Assembly: GCA_965287045.1 (NCBI GenBank)
Contig: OZ336870.1
Coordinates: 119,722,001-119,786,000, forward strand
Direction of reading: 5' to 3'
Source of the DNA: Carcharhinus amblyrhynchos
Lineage: Eukaryota
DNA length: 64,000 bases
Part shown: piece after piece, positions 23,761 to 36,812 of the stretch
How the letters are laid out: the number at the start of each line of letters is the position of its first letter
Position numbering within the stretch: the first letter of the stretch is position 1
Translations under genes and position numbers: made by a program
Notes under the pieces: generated by a model
What the model was told of the DNA's origin: nothing
Database searches by the model: none
Seen by the model: only the letters and a program-made list of their open reading frames with translations

Positions 23761-25445
23761 ATTGGAAACAGTTATTCCTGAAGTGTGGTGCCTCCAATTG
23801 GACACAATCACCCAATAGTCAGGAAGTCTCCAAAGACCTTTAAAAATGCTGCACAGAAGCTGGATCTGGAATTCCTATTCCATTTTTGACAGGTGCAAAT
23901 TTTGCCAGCAAAGGAAGGGATCGGGGCATAATTCACAGAAGCAGGAATGCAGAAATCAGCATGGATGTTTAAACTTAATGCTGAGTTCAAACAGACCCTA
24001 TTATGGCTGTTGCAAAGGCCTTATCCAATAGTCATGAATTGATAGATTAGACATAAATGCTCTTGAAGGATGGATAAGGTTTGTTAAAATGTCAAAATCT
24101 GAAAATGTTCTTTAAGCATAAAAACAGGCTTGAGCTGTCAGTGAACGTTTAATAAAAGAAACACTCTGCTGGATTGCATTAATTGTCAGGCCATCTGTTT
24201 GTATAAGTTAGAAAAACTTTACCATCCAGTCATGCAGTTTGTTAACTTCGCTAGTATTATGTAAAATGAATGCTTGGATGATTTTCAAAAGCTACAATTA
24301 TCTCAGAAGATGGTGCTGTGTTCACAGTTGATTGGCAGTTTAAAGAGGTTATTAAAGGATTAGTTTTTTTAATGTGATGTGAACAGAAGTCTTCTCAAGA
24401 AATTAACCACCTGAGAAGATTTAAGCCTTCAAACGATTTAATGAAGGGGACTCCATTTTTTCAATATCAAATATTTTTGAGTAAAAACTTAAAAAACAAA
24501 TAGACTTCCAACAATTTATCTCCATGTTGCTCCTGAGGTAGGCCCACGGTGGTCACTGAATAGTGGCTATGGAAGTGGAATGAAGTTATGGGGGGCAGGC
24601 GTGGGGGGAAGGGATTATAATTGTAGGTATGGGTTAGTAATGGTGATGGCATGAAGGTTATAAGGGGCCATGAAGAGTGGGTGGAGGATGAAGGCATGAG
24701 ATCCAAACAACTGAGACGAAGTCCCAAAGGACCAAGGTGAGCCTTTTAAACCTTGGCATTCGCCCATGGTTGCCTGCAATTTACTTCCAGGATCAGTGGA
24801 TCCAATTTACTCCTGCCCCACCTATTGGATGTGGAGATAATGGCATTGGACTGGGGTAAACACAGTAAAAAGTCTCACAGAACCACCTGTGACAGGGCGG
24901 TAGAGTGCTATTTTGTTTTTCTACCAATGGTTATATGCCCCCTGCACATTATATGGTGTGTGGCATACTCTGCAATACTTCAAGCTCAAGGGTTCATAGC
25001 AATTAGTAAGGATCATTAAAATGAATGTAACTTTTCTTCTGATTCTGCAAATCAGTTAATTTTGATACAAAGAAATATAACAAGATCAAAAAATAAATAG
25101 TACAAAAAAATTGTACTTCAGAAAATATTAAACACAAGCATTGTGCATTCTGCATGGATTTCTGAAAATCATTCTCTTCAGGAATTCTTGAGACTTTCAT
25201 TGTTGAATCACGGTAATATTCTATGTACTTAATGTTGTGAAACCAAGTACACATAGGCTAATGAAGATGTAAATCAGTTTTGGACCTGATGCATTGATTG
25301 AAGACAAAGTGATACTTCACTTTGGCAGGTACATAACCAGTCCAGCAGCATCAGAAAGTATGATGATGATAGAAAACAAATTGTGTGTTTCTATTTTATT
25401 TCAACTATAGAGCTGTGCCCATTCTGATGTGTTTAGGTTACTTGC

Positions 25446-25544
25446 CTGGGACTGTGAATTGATGTTGGCACCCTGCTTCACTAGAGTTCTGACCACATCA
25501 GCTTGTCCAGCCAGAGATGCAATGTGTAGGGCTGAGTTTCCTTT
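25446..25544 (-). CDS. ANK2: Ankyrin-2 coding exon (exon 4 equivalent), 99 bp, [35 protein letters not shown] donor
   Basis: 33-aa ankyrin repeat matching ankyrin-B; acceptor CTTAACAG|; the in-frame donor is CAG|GCAAGT. Confidence 0.94.
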
Positions 25545-25869
25545 CTGTTAAGAGAAATCAATAATTAGCAAGAAAGACAGAAAACCCAAAGCAAGCCATC
25601 TTGTTCACAGGTAAAGAGGCAAATTGAGAATGGCAAAATGAGCGTGGGGCAGGAAATAATGCATTTTCTCTTAAGAAAGAGAAGCAAAACATTTAGGAAA
25701 GCTTCAATTAATGTTTAGTTTCAGTGGTTTTTGTATTGGACTATACCATTAAATTAATCTGTACAGAATCAAGTTTGTGCATAAAACATTTTGATGATTA
25801 AATCTTAGGAGAGTATCACAATTTTGTAAAAATGCAACTGTTAAGTAATATGTCAATTCAATTCATCTT

Positions 25870-27135
25870 ATGGCCATAACACACGAGTTGGGGTCAGTTA
25901 TTCAGTCCTTTGAGCTTGTTCTGCCATTCAACAAAGTCATGGCTGATCTTATACCTTAGTTAAACTTTGCACCATTCCCATATCCGTCAATTACTTTGTC
26001 ATCCAAAAACATGCCTATTTCCCTCCTAAGCATACAAAATGAATACCTAGCCATAATATCCATAGCTCCAGATGCAACATCTGGGGTAAAGTTCTCAAGC
26101 TTATTATCCTTTCAGTGAAGACATTTTCTTCTTCATTTCAATGCTAAATAGCCAACCACTATTGAGACTGTGACCTGCAGTTCTGGACTCCCCAAACAGA
26201 AGCAACATCCTCCCAGTATCTGTCAAGCCCCTTAAAAAGTTTCAACTAATCAAAGAGAGGCAACATTGATTTGCAAACGGGCAAGTAATGCCTAATGAAT
26301 CTGATTGCATTACCTGAAGAGGTGGCTAAAGAAGTGGGTAGGTGAACTTTGCTGGATGTTATTTATATGGATTTCTCGAGGTCCCGCATTAGACGCTATT
26401 AACTAATATTAGCTCATTGAATACAAGGCGAATTATTCGCCTGATTAGGAAATTGGTTGAGAATCAGGAAGCAAAGAGCAGGGATAATGTGACAAGTGGG
26501 GTACTGCAAGGATCAATGTTGGGGTCTCAACTACCCAATGCATTTATTGATGACTTAAATATTGTGAAAGAAAGCCAAGAACTCCAAGGCTTAAGCTACG
26601 AAAAGATATCACACAAAGCACAGTTCTATTCTGTGTTCCCTACACTTAGTTTCAGGCATGGCATTGCAGTCCCTCTTCCAGCCACTGCAGCACTGTGCCT
26701 GGATTAGCTGGAGAGCCTTGAATGACAGCTCTGCAATGTGTAAATTCCTCCCAAGTGAGGATGGAAATCCTGCCTGCTGCCAATCAATGTTCATTAGATT
26801 GCGAAATGGCAGCAGACCTGTTGGAGTCATCAGGAATGTGCTTCCCACTGCCAGATGAATGCCTAACATCGCGAAACTTCAGGCCATGGGTGTATAGTGA
26901 AAAACTGTTTCCATTGGTTGGGGAGACAGGATTAGGGGTGTACAGAGAATTCTCATCCATTAATGACAATTAATATTAGATCTTTTTTATTTTTAAATTG
27001 TTATTAATTTTTTTGCATTAAGGGATATTGGGCAAATTGTAAGTGGAGCAAATTCACAGATCAGCCATGATGAAATTAAATGATGGAACAAGCTTGGAGA
27101 CTAAATGGCCTACTACTTTCCCTATATTTCCTATA
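25870..27135. mobile_element. CR1 fragments: 3' end (-) 25870-26245; RT and 3' pieces (+) 26250-27135
   Basis: DVIYMDF, VTSGVLQGSMLG..FIDDL peptides; CR1 tail. Confidence 0.7.
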
Positions 27136-27637
27136 TACTACTACTTTTCCTATATTCCTAATCTGATATTTATTTCAACAAGATCCTTTCACTTATTCCT
27201 AAACTTTAGGGAATGTATGCCTCATGTAATCAATCTCTTCAACCCAGGAATCAGTCTACTGAACCCCCATTACACACCCTGTTGGAGTTCTAACTCAAAT
27301 CCATGGTGAACTCCAATATAAAGTTCACTTTTCCAGACTGCAAAAAGCAACTTCTCACCACTATCTTTTGTTTCCTATCTCTCAGCCAATTTTGCATCCA
27401 TGGTGTTTTATTCCAGGAACTTTAACTTTGTTCACATATGTTATGTGCCACTTTGTCAAATGCCTTTTGGAAGTCCATGTACATCACATTGACAATATTA
27501 TCCTCATCAAACTTTTGCGTTACCTTATCAAAAGATTCAGACATATTAATTAAACAGTTTTTCTTTAAGAAATCCATGTAGATTTTCTTAAACAATCCAC
27601 ACTTGCCCAAATGACTATTAATTTTACTCCAAGTTAT

Positions 27638-28380
27638 ACATAGAACAGTCCAGGCCCTTCAGCCGTCGATGTTGTGCCGAGCTATGTCCGAACCCAAGAT
27701 GAAACTATCCCACTCCCTATCATTCTGGTGTGCTCCATGTGCCTATCCAATAACTGCTTGAAAGTTCCTGAAGTGTCCGACTCCACTTTCACAGCAAGCA
27801 GTGCATTTCACGCCCCAACCACTCTCTGAGCAAAGAACTTACCTCAGACATCCCTCCTATATCTCCCACCATGAACCTTACAGTTATGCCCCCTAGTAAC
27901 AGCTACATCCACTCGAGGAAACAGTCTCTGAACGTCCACTCTATCTATTCCCCTCATCATCTTATAAACCTCTATTAAGTCACCTCTCATCCTCCTCTGC
28001 TCTAAAGAGAAAAGCCCCAGCTCCCTCAACCTTTCCTCATAACACCTACGCTCCAAACCAGACAGCATCCTGGTAAATCTCCTCTGTACTCTCTCAAATG
28101 CTTTCACATCCTTCTTATGGTGAGGTGACCAGAACTGCACAAAATATTCCAAATGTGGTCTCACCAAGGTCCTGTACAGTTGCAGCATAACCCCACGACT
28201 CAAACTCAAACCCTCTGTTAATAAACGCTAACACACTATAAGCCTTCTTCACGGCTCTATCCACTTGAGTGGCAACCTTTAAAGAACCGTGGATATGAAC
28301 CCCGAGATCTCTCTATTCCTCCACATTCCTCTGTTGACCTTGTAATCCACATTCAAGTTTGTCCTATCAAAATGAATCAT
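27638..28380 (-). mobile_element. Relatively young CR1 LINE 3' portion, inserted in an older CR1(-) (27330-28790)
   Basis: ORF 27844-28209 LYRTLVRPHLEY.VQFWSPH.KKDV..ERVQRRFTRML.GL...YEERLRELGLFSLE.RR.RGDLIEVYK, the canonical CR1 ORF2 C-terminus. Confidence 0.92.
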
Positions 28381-28796
28381 TTCTAAAAGCTTCCCGCAAT
28401 TGAGGTTAAACTGGCTGGTGTTTTCTGGCCTTAAACTTGCATCAATTGTTAAAACAAGGGTTTTGCATCTTCAATTCTCCAGTCCTCTGGCACCACTCCG
28501 GTGTGTAAGGAAGGTTGGCAATTTATGACCAGTGCCTAAGTGCCACTCTCACTTCCTTCAGACTCTTTGGATACATCTCATCCTGGTTCTGGTGCCTTAG
28601 CTGCTTATGAGCTATCCAATACTATTTTCTTATCCACTTTAAACTCTTCACTTTTCCAAATTGTCTCCTCTTTCACAATGACCTGGCCAATGTCATCATT
28701 TTTGGTAAAGACAAATGCAAAGCATTCCTGCAGTATCTCAGTTATGCCCCACCTCCATATCTCAATCCCTTTAATAGTCCTAAATACTTCCCTTTG

Positions 28797-29155
28797 CGCA
28801 GCACGGTGGCATAATGGTTAATACTGCCGCTTCATAGTGTCAGGAACCTGGATTTGATTCTGAGGTCTGTCTGTGTGGTATTTTTGATGTGGATATGCCA
28901 GCGTTGGACTGGGGTAAACACAGTAAAAAGTCTGACAACACCACGTTTAAGTCCAACCGATTTATTTGATAGTACACTCTCTAGTGAGTGTACTATCAAA
29001 TAAATCGGTTGGACTTAAACCTGGTGTTGTCAGACTTTTTACTGTGTGGTATTTTCACATTCTTCAGTATCTGCATAGGTTTTTGCCAGATGCTCCAGTT
29101 TCCTCCTGCAGTCTGAAGCCATGCAGGTCAAAGTGGATTGGCTATGCTAAAGTGT
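28797..29155 (+). mobile_element. HE1 SINE interrupted by a Penelope terminal-repeat hairpin (28885-29047)
   Basis: SINE head and V-domain on either side; duplicated CTGTGTGGTATTTT at 28871-28884 and 29042-29055. Confidence 0.8.
28918..29047. repeat. Near-perfect 62-bp hairpin (1 mismatch, 6-nt loop)
   Basis: Arms 28918-28979 and 28986-29047 compared base by base. Confidence 0.95.
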
Positions 29156-29915
29156 GCACATGTGTGTGCGCATATGTGACTGTGTTTGATGTGGTGTACT
29201 GCTTCTCAAACTACAAGCCCCTGGCCATAGACTAGTGACCTGTTCCAGAATAATTAGCTACAGAAACAGACAAAAGTCTGACCTATGCACTATCAGGGTA
29301 TGGAAAGGTTGAGAGAGAATCTTCCCTTACCACTTTTTTACTCTATGTGTCTACAGAAACTTTTGGATTCCTTTGTCTGTCTCTTTTCATGGTCTCTCTT
29401 TTTTTTTCTTATTTGTTTATTCAATTTCCTTCTAAATCTTTTCTATTCAGCTTGGTTCTCAATTCTATTATCCATCTGAAATCCATTATCAATAGATATT
29501 TTCTGCTTCATTTAAACCTCCATCTCTTTTATCATCCAGGGAGCTTGAGATTTGTTTGCCCAATCCCCTTCATGGGAAGATACCTTGATTGCACTTGAAC
29601 TACATCTTCTTTCAATGCAGTTCATCGTTCAGTTACAGTTCTGCTTGCTAACTTCAATTCCTATTTTCTGAGTTAAAAAAGGAACCCTCTCAGAATAACT
29701 GAGGATGGGCAATAAATGTGATTCTGCCAGTGCTGCCCATCCCCCACGAACAAATAACTTTTCATCTAAATGGGTGAATTTTATAATAATACATTGCTAT
29801 ACTGATATATACTAACCCATTTTACACAATGTTTTGATTTTATACTTTTTGTACAGATGTCCACAGGTCAGTAAGTATTGGGCTCCTCCTGTCAGAACAC
29901 TTTGCCACTCACCCT

Positions 29916-30666
29916 ATGGACAAAATCTTGTCCCTTCCCCCATGGCAAATTTCTTGGTGGGGGCACATAATCTGGCAGGAGGGTGATTAGTGGGGTCCGC
30001 ACAATTTGCCCATCTCTATTTTGATTAAATCCCAGAAGAAAGGCCTTTTACAGACTTCTTGCTCTCTGGCAACTGAAGCCCTTCAATGGGCAATTAATGT
30101 CCACTTAAAGGTCTCATGCTACTGCTGCTGTTGATATTAACTGAGCAGCAGACAGGGGGCTTGCAATGCAAGGAACTCAACAAGCAATCCTTGACATATT
30201 CGTTTGTGAACCTCCAAAGGCGGACACTCAGTCAAAGATACTCGGTGTCTGCTTGAGCAACCAACATGGGGAAGGGAAGAGGGCCCATTGGGAGACAGCC
30301 CAAGCCTTTCCTGCTGACCCCCTCACCCACAACTCTCTTCCCATGACACCCTCCTGTTATTGATCACCTATGCATTGGTCCATCCTTGATTGAGCTCAGG
30401 TGTGGGCACCGCATTGGCAGCAGCCATCGCCTCCCCAGTGGCACTTCTGATTACAGAAGAACTGCCAGCCTTTGACTGATCGGCGGCTCTCAGCAGGTGG
30501 AACCTCTACCCCTAGGGCCGTTGATCCTTAGGAAAGATCTACTGCTAGCCTAAAAAGTACCTGAGTGCCACAAGATGCACCAGGCCTCCCCGAAAACCAT
30601 TGTTTGGTCTTGCTGGCCCTCCAGCTGACAGTCGAGACTCCTGTCACCTCCATAAGATTCTGCTCT
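29916..30666. mobile_element. GC-rich Harbinger/MITE-like element
   Basis: Imperfect inverted termini GGACAAAATCTT ... AAGATTCTGCT; GGGCAATTAA motif. Confidence 0.5.
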
Positions 30667-31569
30667 CTCAAATTATCTGAGTTCAGAATGAAGTTCCCAT
30701 ATTTGAGTTGAGTCTATGGGTACCTACGCCACTTTAGTGCATTTCATCAGTTAAAAAAGAGGACTTGGTGAAAATGACAATCATCAACCAAGGCTACGGG
30801 TGCACATCCCAAGTTGTTTTGCTCCCATCTGGTCCTTTTAAAAGTTGGTTGAAGAAAATCTAAAAGGTTTAACCAAATTGCAAGGGATTCAGACCAAATC
30901 CAAGATCTAAACCCCTAGCTGAGTCCCATTTTTGACAGGTGGCAAACCAATATATCTTTTGTCATACCTGGAGTGCCTTGATCTGGCCAAGACCCTGATG
31001 CAAGTGACCTCATTTAAGATAGGTAGTGATCCCTAACTATGTAAAGTCATAGAACTTGCATCTTTTAGATGATAGTTTATTGAATAGGAAAACATTGAAC
31101 ATTAATGGTGATTTTTCTAAACATTTTACTCCCATTTACAACAATATGTTTTCTTCATTCTATCAAGCATTCTTCTGCTCACCATTAAGTTTCTGAAATT
31201 ACTTGTTTCATTATGAAAGATGCTAACTGGAAGGCTTGATCCTACTTTATAGCTAAGCATAAGAAAAATTCAATAATGAGCTATTCTGGGCTGCCATTGG
31301 GTTGCAAACAGGTTTAGAGGAGATATGAGAGCAAGTATCCTGATGAGTTATTGAATCTAAGACCAGTGCATGGTGTGAAGGGGAAACTGGAGGAAAATAA
31401 ATCAACCAACGAATATTAATTATTACAATCCACTCAAATGAATATAAGGTGACATTTCATATCAGAGTGAAACTGTAAAAGTAAGTTTTGATTTGAAGGT
31501 CAGCTGAAGATTGTTATTTTGATCTGCGTCCAAAACTCTGCTGCACTAAACATGCTGCCAAAGACAGGT

Positions 31570-31703
31570 GAATAAGAAACAGGAGCAGAATTTGGCCACT
31601 TGGCCCATCGAGTTTGCTCCACCATTCAATCATGGCTGATGTGTTTCTCAACCCCAATCTCCCGCTTTTTCCCCCGTAACCTTTGATCCCCTTACCAATC
31701 AAG
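31570..31703 (-). mobile_element. CR1 tail fragment
   Basis: ATAAGAAACAGGAGCAG..CCATTCAATCATGGCTGAT. Confidence 0.7.
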
Positions 31704-32850
31704 TGGATTTCTGCCCACTACAGATGCATTAACCAACATTGCATTGTTTCAAGGTTACATTTACTCAATAACTTTAGTGGAAAATCAGTCAAAATTCTGG
31801 AGAAACAATGTGAGCAGCTTTTTCTATTAATCTTAACTGAAATGACAACAGAACATTAGGACTTCGTCATGAAACCTATATGCTTGCAACAATCTTTCAT
31901 CAGCACACCCTTACTGTACCGTTCTTCTTTAATATTCTTTACCTCAATATTACCACTACAAAAGTTATTTCTCTCTTTATCCAAAACATTTTTACCCCCT
32001 CAACATCACTTCAGAAGCTAACCCTGTCCCAGATTGGACTATTTCTCCAATACCTGGAGATAATATATTTCTCTTTCCTCTAATGCTTGAAAAGGATACA
32101 AGAAAAAAATTCTTCGTCTGACAGACAATCCATCTTTCCACTCTAATTTCCTAATTTTATTGCTGCTATTCTAATTAGTCCTTTAATGCTGCTTTGTTCC
32201 CCCTAAACTCTAAATGCTCCTTCTCCCCTTTAAATCATCAATGAGTTGAAATCAAGTCTTATTGCACATTCTTTTACCTTTGGTCAAAAATGCAACATTT
32301 TTTGCCTCTCGCATAAACTTTGAGGTCAAGTTGTTGATAATTGTGGTCAAGTTGCATCCATCAGTTGTGCATTAATCAGTGTATAAGGTGACATGTTTGG
32401 ATTCCAAGTCCTTTCCTTTCCCCATCACCTTCAGACCAAGCTTAGTATAATCTAATTGTTCCTGGTATTTTAGAATATTTCCTCTTGCCCTTTCAAATTT
32501 GCATGAGGGAGTTTATTTTTTCATCTTGCTTTCTCAAAAAGTTGGCAGAGAGATGGATTCTGATTGATTAAACCTTTCAATAGTCCACTTACATTGATAA
32601 CTAGCTTCAAGCAGGAACTCCACCTCAGAAGCTAAACTGTGATTTAACTGGAGTGGACGCATAAGGTCCCAGAAGGATGAAACACCACTCCATAAGAAGG
32701 AGTCGAAGTACCCGAGGGCAAATATGAATGCTGTTGCCTGTGTTAGTTGACCTCAGGATGTCTGCTTGATTTTGGCTACAGATGTGTAGAACATGCATGT
32801 AACAGCACTCTTCAAATATAATGGTGCCACATCAGAAAATAAGATATTAC

Positions 32851-32949
32851 CTTTGTCGATGAATCAACAACTGCACCTCTCTCCAATAATTCCTGCACAA
32901 GGTCCACATGTCCTTCTTTTGCTGCCAAATGCAATGCATTGAGGCCATT
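32851..32949 (-). CDS. ANK2: Ankyrin-2 coding exon (exon 3 equivalent), 99 bp, [33 protein letters not shown]
   Basis: One 33-aa ankyrin repeat matching ankyrin-B; acceptor TGTTGCAG|, donor AAG|GTAATA; phase 0. Confidence 0.96.
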
Positions 32950-33867
32950 CTGCAACAGCAAAATACATATAGCATTGTACAGCTGCAAGTCAACAGCATA
33001 ACATGCATGAATACAAACACTTGTGTTCTGACTGACAGTTGCAAGAAATCCTATCTATGCTAAACCCTTCAATTAAAGTAGCATATTTATCTAAGGTCCT
33101 TGTTTATTCATTTACTGAACATTTCATGGCAACCAACATCACAGTGAACTATCTCATTGGAACACTTGTGTGTATTATTGTCATGTTTGAAAATATACAT
33201 TTTTTCTGCCTCATCTGCACCTTAAACAAATAGAATTGGCAAACCTTTTTCATCAAATCTTTCACCTTGTAAATTTAAATCTGAAGCTATTAAGACAGAT
33301 CACAGCCCAATTAAGTTAAATCCTATACATTCGGCCTAAAATAAATTCAAAATCACATCAATGCTTGTTTCAAGGACGGATGAAAACATCAGACATATAC
33401 TGCCTTGTGTTAGCCATTCAATATGCATTACTGGCAGAAACATATTTAAAATTCTTTGTACACTGGGCATCAAAACATTTGGGAGTGCCATACACCTCTC
33501 ACTCAACCCTCCCCAACCTCAATCAATTAGACATCTCTTTTTAAATGTGGTGTGTTCAGTTTGGAGCTTTATTCCAGTCCCTCAGTTGTAAAGGGATTCA
33601 AAAACAGAACACTTTTGAAATAATATATAAAATATGTTAATGTATCCAGTGAAGGATTAAACCTCATCATTAACGTCTAGACAGTCATGTTAATTGGCAA
33701 ATCTATCAATCAAATAATTTCTAATTGGGACTATTTGACCGCACTATCACTAGCATTTCTGGGCTTCAAGATGCAACCTGCATTAATGTTTTATTTTACA
33801 ATCTGCTTTGTAAATAATTTGAAAAAGGAACTTGCTCTTGTAAAACAAAACAACTCTCTAAAAGAAA

Positions 33868-34478
33868 CGGGCCTGAATTTTTAGGATGGCTGCAATGGAA
33901 GAAGTCCTGTACCAATGAATGTGGACTGAAATGGAAGAAGCAGTGAAGGAAATTGGCAGGGCTGCTGGGAGGAGTGTGCAGAGGTGCCTGGAGGATTGTA
34001 AGTAGGGAATTTAGAGTCCCAGGGGAAGGATATGCCCTGTGATGGAGGGGGTTAGGTCCTGAAGTCTCCATGCCTTGAAGGGAAGGATCCCCCAATCAGT
34101 ACTGGACTTCAGATGGAGATGCCCCCCCCACCACCCCACCCTTAGTGCCCAAAATGTAGCTTTGGCAATTTTTCTGTACGCCCGAACTCCCCCCACCCCA
34201 ACTTCTGCCCCCTTCCCCACAATCTGTCATTCGTTCTCTAGCCTAAAAATTGAGGCTGAGTGGGATAAGGCACTTACATGGCTATTGATTGATCACTTAA
34301 GAGCCTTAACTGGGGCAAGAGCAGACTTGCCACATCCCCTGGCCGGGACAGGCAGAGTCACAGACAGAATCCTGTCCTTGTAATTTCAGGCTCCGCCACC
34401 TCCCCACCTCCCCCCCACCCCATCATCACCAGTCTCAAAACCCATCATAAGGTGGAGGGAGCACAAGAATTCTGGACT
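33868..34478. mobile_element. GC-rich Harbinger/MITE-like element
   Basis: GGGCCTGAATTTT ... AAGAATTCTGGAC imperfect termini. Confidence 0.5.
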
Positions 34479-34727
34479 GAAATTGTATCTGGATCTTCTT
34501 AAAGTCTAGATGACAGACAGTTGATTCATTTCAAATTTATTAAACCAGTGGCAAGTAAAACAGAGCAAAATTGTGCTTTTTATATTTAAAATAAGATAGA
34601 AAGTAAAACCTACATTGTAAGTGTGTGAAGAACTCAATCTGTACATATCACAACAACCTATATAGTCCAGTTGCAACAACACAGGGCAAGAATTTAAACA
34701 AACTTCATTCTTGAGATTTCAGCAGCA

Positions 34728-35345
34728 CTTATTGCCCATAATTGGCTTTCAGAATGTGGTAGTGAGCCATGTTCTTGAACAACTCTAGTCCATACAGTTA
34801 AAGTACTCCTACAGTGTTTTTAGGCACAGTGATATACATCTAAGTCAGAATGGTAGCTGACATAGAAGGGAAGTTTAAAGTGGTTGGATGCCCATGTGCC
34901 TGCTGTTCTGGTCCTTCTAACTGGTAAAGTTATAGATTCTGTCAGAGAAGCCTCAGCAAATTGCCTTGGTACATACTGTGTATTGTACACAGTGCAGCCA
35001 CAATGCTCCAGTGAGGGTGCAATGGATCTTTAAAGCTGGTGGATGGTTTACCAGTCAAGCAGATATTTTATCTTGAATGACATCAAGCTTCATGAGTATA
35101 TGCGTGCAGCTTAAATAGCACTTAAGTGGAGAGTATTCCATCACACTTATGACTTGTACCTTACTGGAGAAGCATGGGGAAGACACAGGGTGAGTGAGGC
35201 AGGCACCGCGGAGTATACACCCTCTGACCTGTTCCTCCATTTACAGTTTTTATGTGGTTTTCAAGTTCAGCTTTTGGTTAATGGTCACAACTGGGAAGTT
35301 TACGGTGGGGATTTCAATGAAAGTCAAGAGAGGTGGTTTAGCACT
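34728..35345 (-). mobile_element. LINE 3' remnant, family of 4845-5750
   Basis: KVQVISVMEYSPL...KLDVIQDK peptide and shared tail. Confidence 0.7.
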
Positions 35346-36724
35346 TTAAGCTGAATCTACCAGACTTTGAAAGTTTTCAGGGGTCAGGACCACTTTTGGG
35401 CCCAGGCCCCATTTACAGCAGCAGTGGGACTTCAAGCTTGATCTAATGTGAGATAATCAATTAAGAAACATCTTCTGGAATTGCCATCCAATTCAGGACA
35501 GCAGGTGGTTTCCAGGTATGGGGGGGGCGCACGGCAGGAAACGGGGGTGGTTGGGGAGGGGGGCTGACAGCCTGCATGGTATCATCAGTGAGATATTGCT
35601 AAAGAAAAAGCAGTAGGAATTGTACGCTCAGAATGGAGGCACCGTCGTTATCAAGGCAGCGGCTGGCACTTCATCAGTCCCAGCACTACCTGGGTCATCA
35701 GTCTGCAGGAGATCGTCACACTATAGTGAGCCTCTAATATGGAGATTTATCAGCCTTGTCATATCTTGCCTGTAGACATTAAAAAGCTTTATAATCTCAC
35801 ACAGCTTCGACCTCCCACTATGCAGCCACCTTCTTTGAGTTGCCAAACTGCTGAAACAGTAAAGGTTTCTTAAGACTCTGGAAAAGTTGGCTACTGCTGG
35901 GAAATTGGCTGAAAATTGATCCCTTAACTACCTTAATTGGCATCCCTCCACTGAAGTGTTAGTTGCTGCCATCGGGCCCAGCTCACCGCTGGGAAAAACA
36001 GCTGGGGGTGGGAACTAATCTGCGAATCGCCTAACACACTTATTAAAAATTTGCTTAGCCCTCCCCTCACTACCACCTTCATTGCTGTGTCCAAGGATCT
36101 GGGAAATTACTCCCCATTCCCCTTGCACTTGGAGCTTGTCAATACCTGAAGGTATGAGTGTTACTTGCCACTTAGCAGCCCAAGTCTGCATGCTGTCCAG
36201 ATCTAGCTGCAGGAGGCCTCCAATGGGGTGCAGTGAAATAGATTTACATTTTTGCTGTTTTGGTATTTTTCTAGAAACTAGTTTAAACATTCAAAGAAGC
36301 TGATTTTCTGTGATTTCCAGGGGACAAATTTCTTTCTGCAAATTTGAATTTTGATAGCAAGAAATATTGAAGTAAAATCACAACACTGAGTTGTACCCGT
36401 ACAGGAAGATTTGGAACAAGATTGTAAATTCACCAGCTAATACACAAGAGGCTCTTCTTTGATGGAGTGCCAGGTTGTTTCAAAACAGATATGGCATATT
36501 GAAGCACATGGCCTTTTATTAGCAAGATCATCTGCCATTAATCCTAACAATCACAGATCAAGTCCGATTAAGATTGAGCTGAGGTGCTCATGCTTACAGC
36601 AGAAAGGGAGAGCCCAGGATCCTCAACGCAAAACAAGAGTGTCCATCAGCACACAGGCATACAAGATACTTGAAGCTCATGTGTAATGTTACAACTACCA
36701 ACCATTCTGATCCTACTTCAGTAA

Positions 36725-36812
36725 GCCAGAGATAAAAATAGAAAATGCTGGAAAAACTCCAGCATTTTCTGTTCTATTGAAATTTCCAGCATCTGCATTA
36801 TTTTGCTTTTAT
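36725..36812. mobile_element. Miniature fold-back Penelope-derived element, TSD TTCAGTAA
   Basis: AGAAAATGCTGGA..TCCAGCATTTTCT hairpin flanked by TTCAGTAA. Confidence 0.65.

Noticed and set aside
1-25445. Next ANK2 exon (NGFTPLYMAAQENH...)
   Set aside because: Searched by eye and not found; probably beyond the window start
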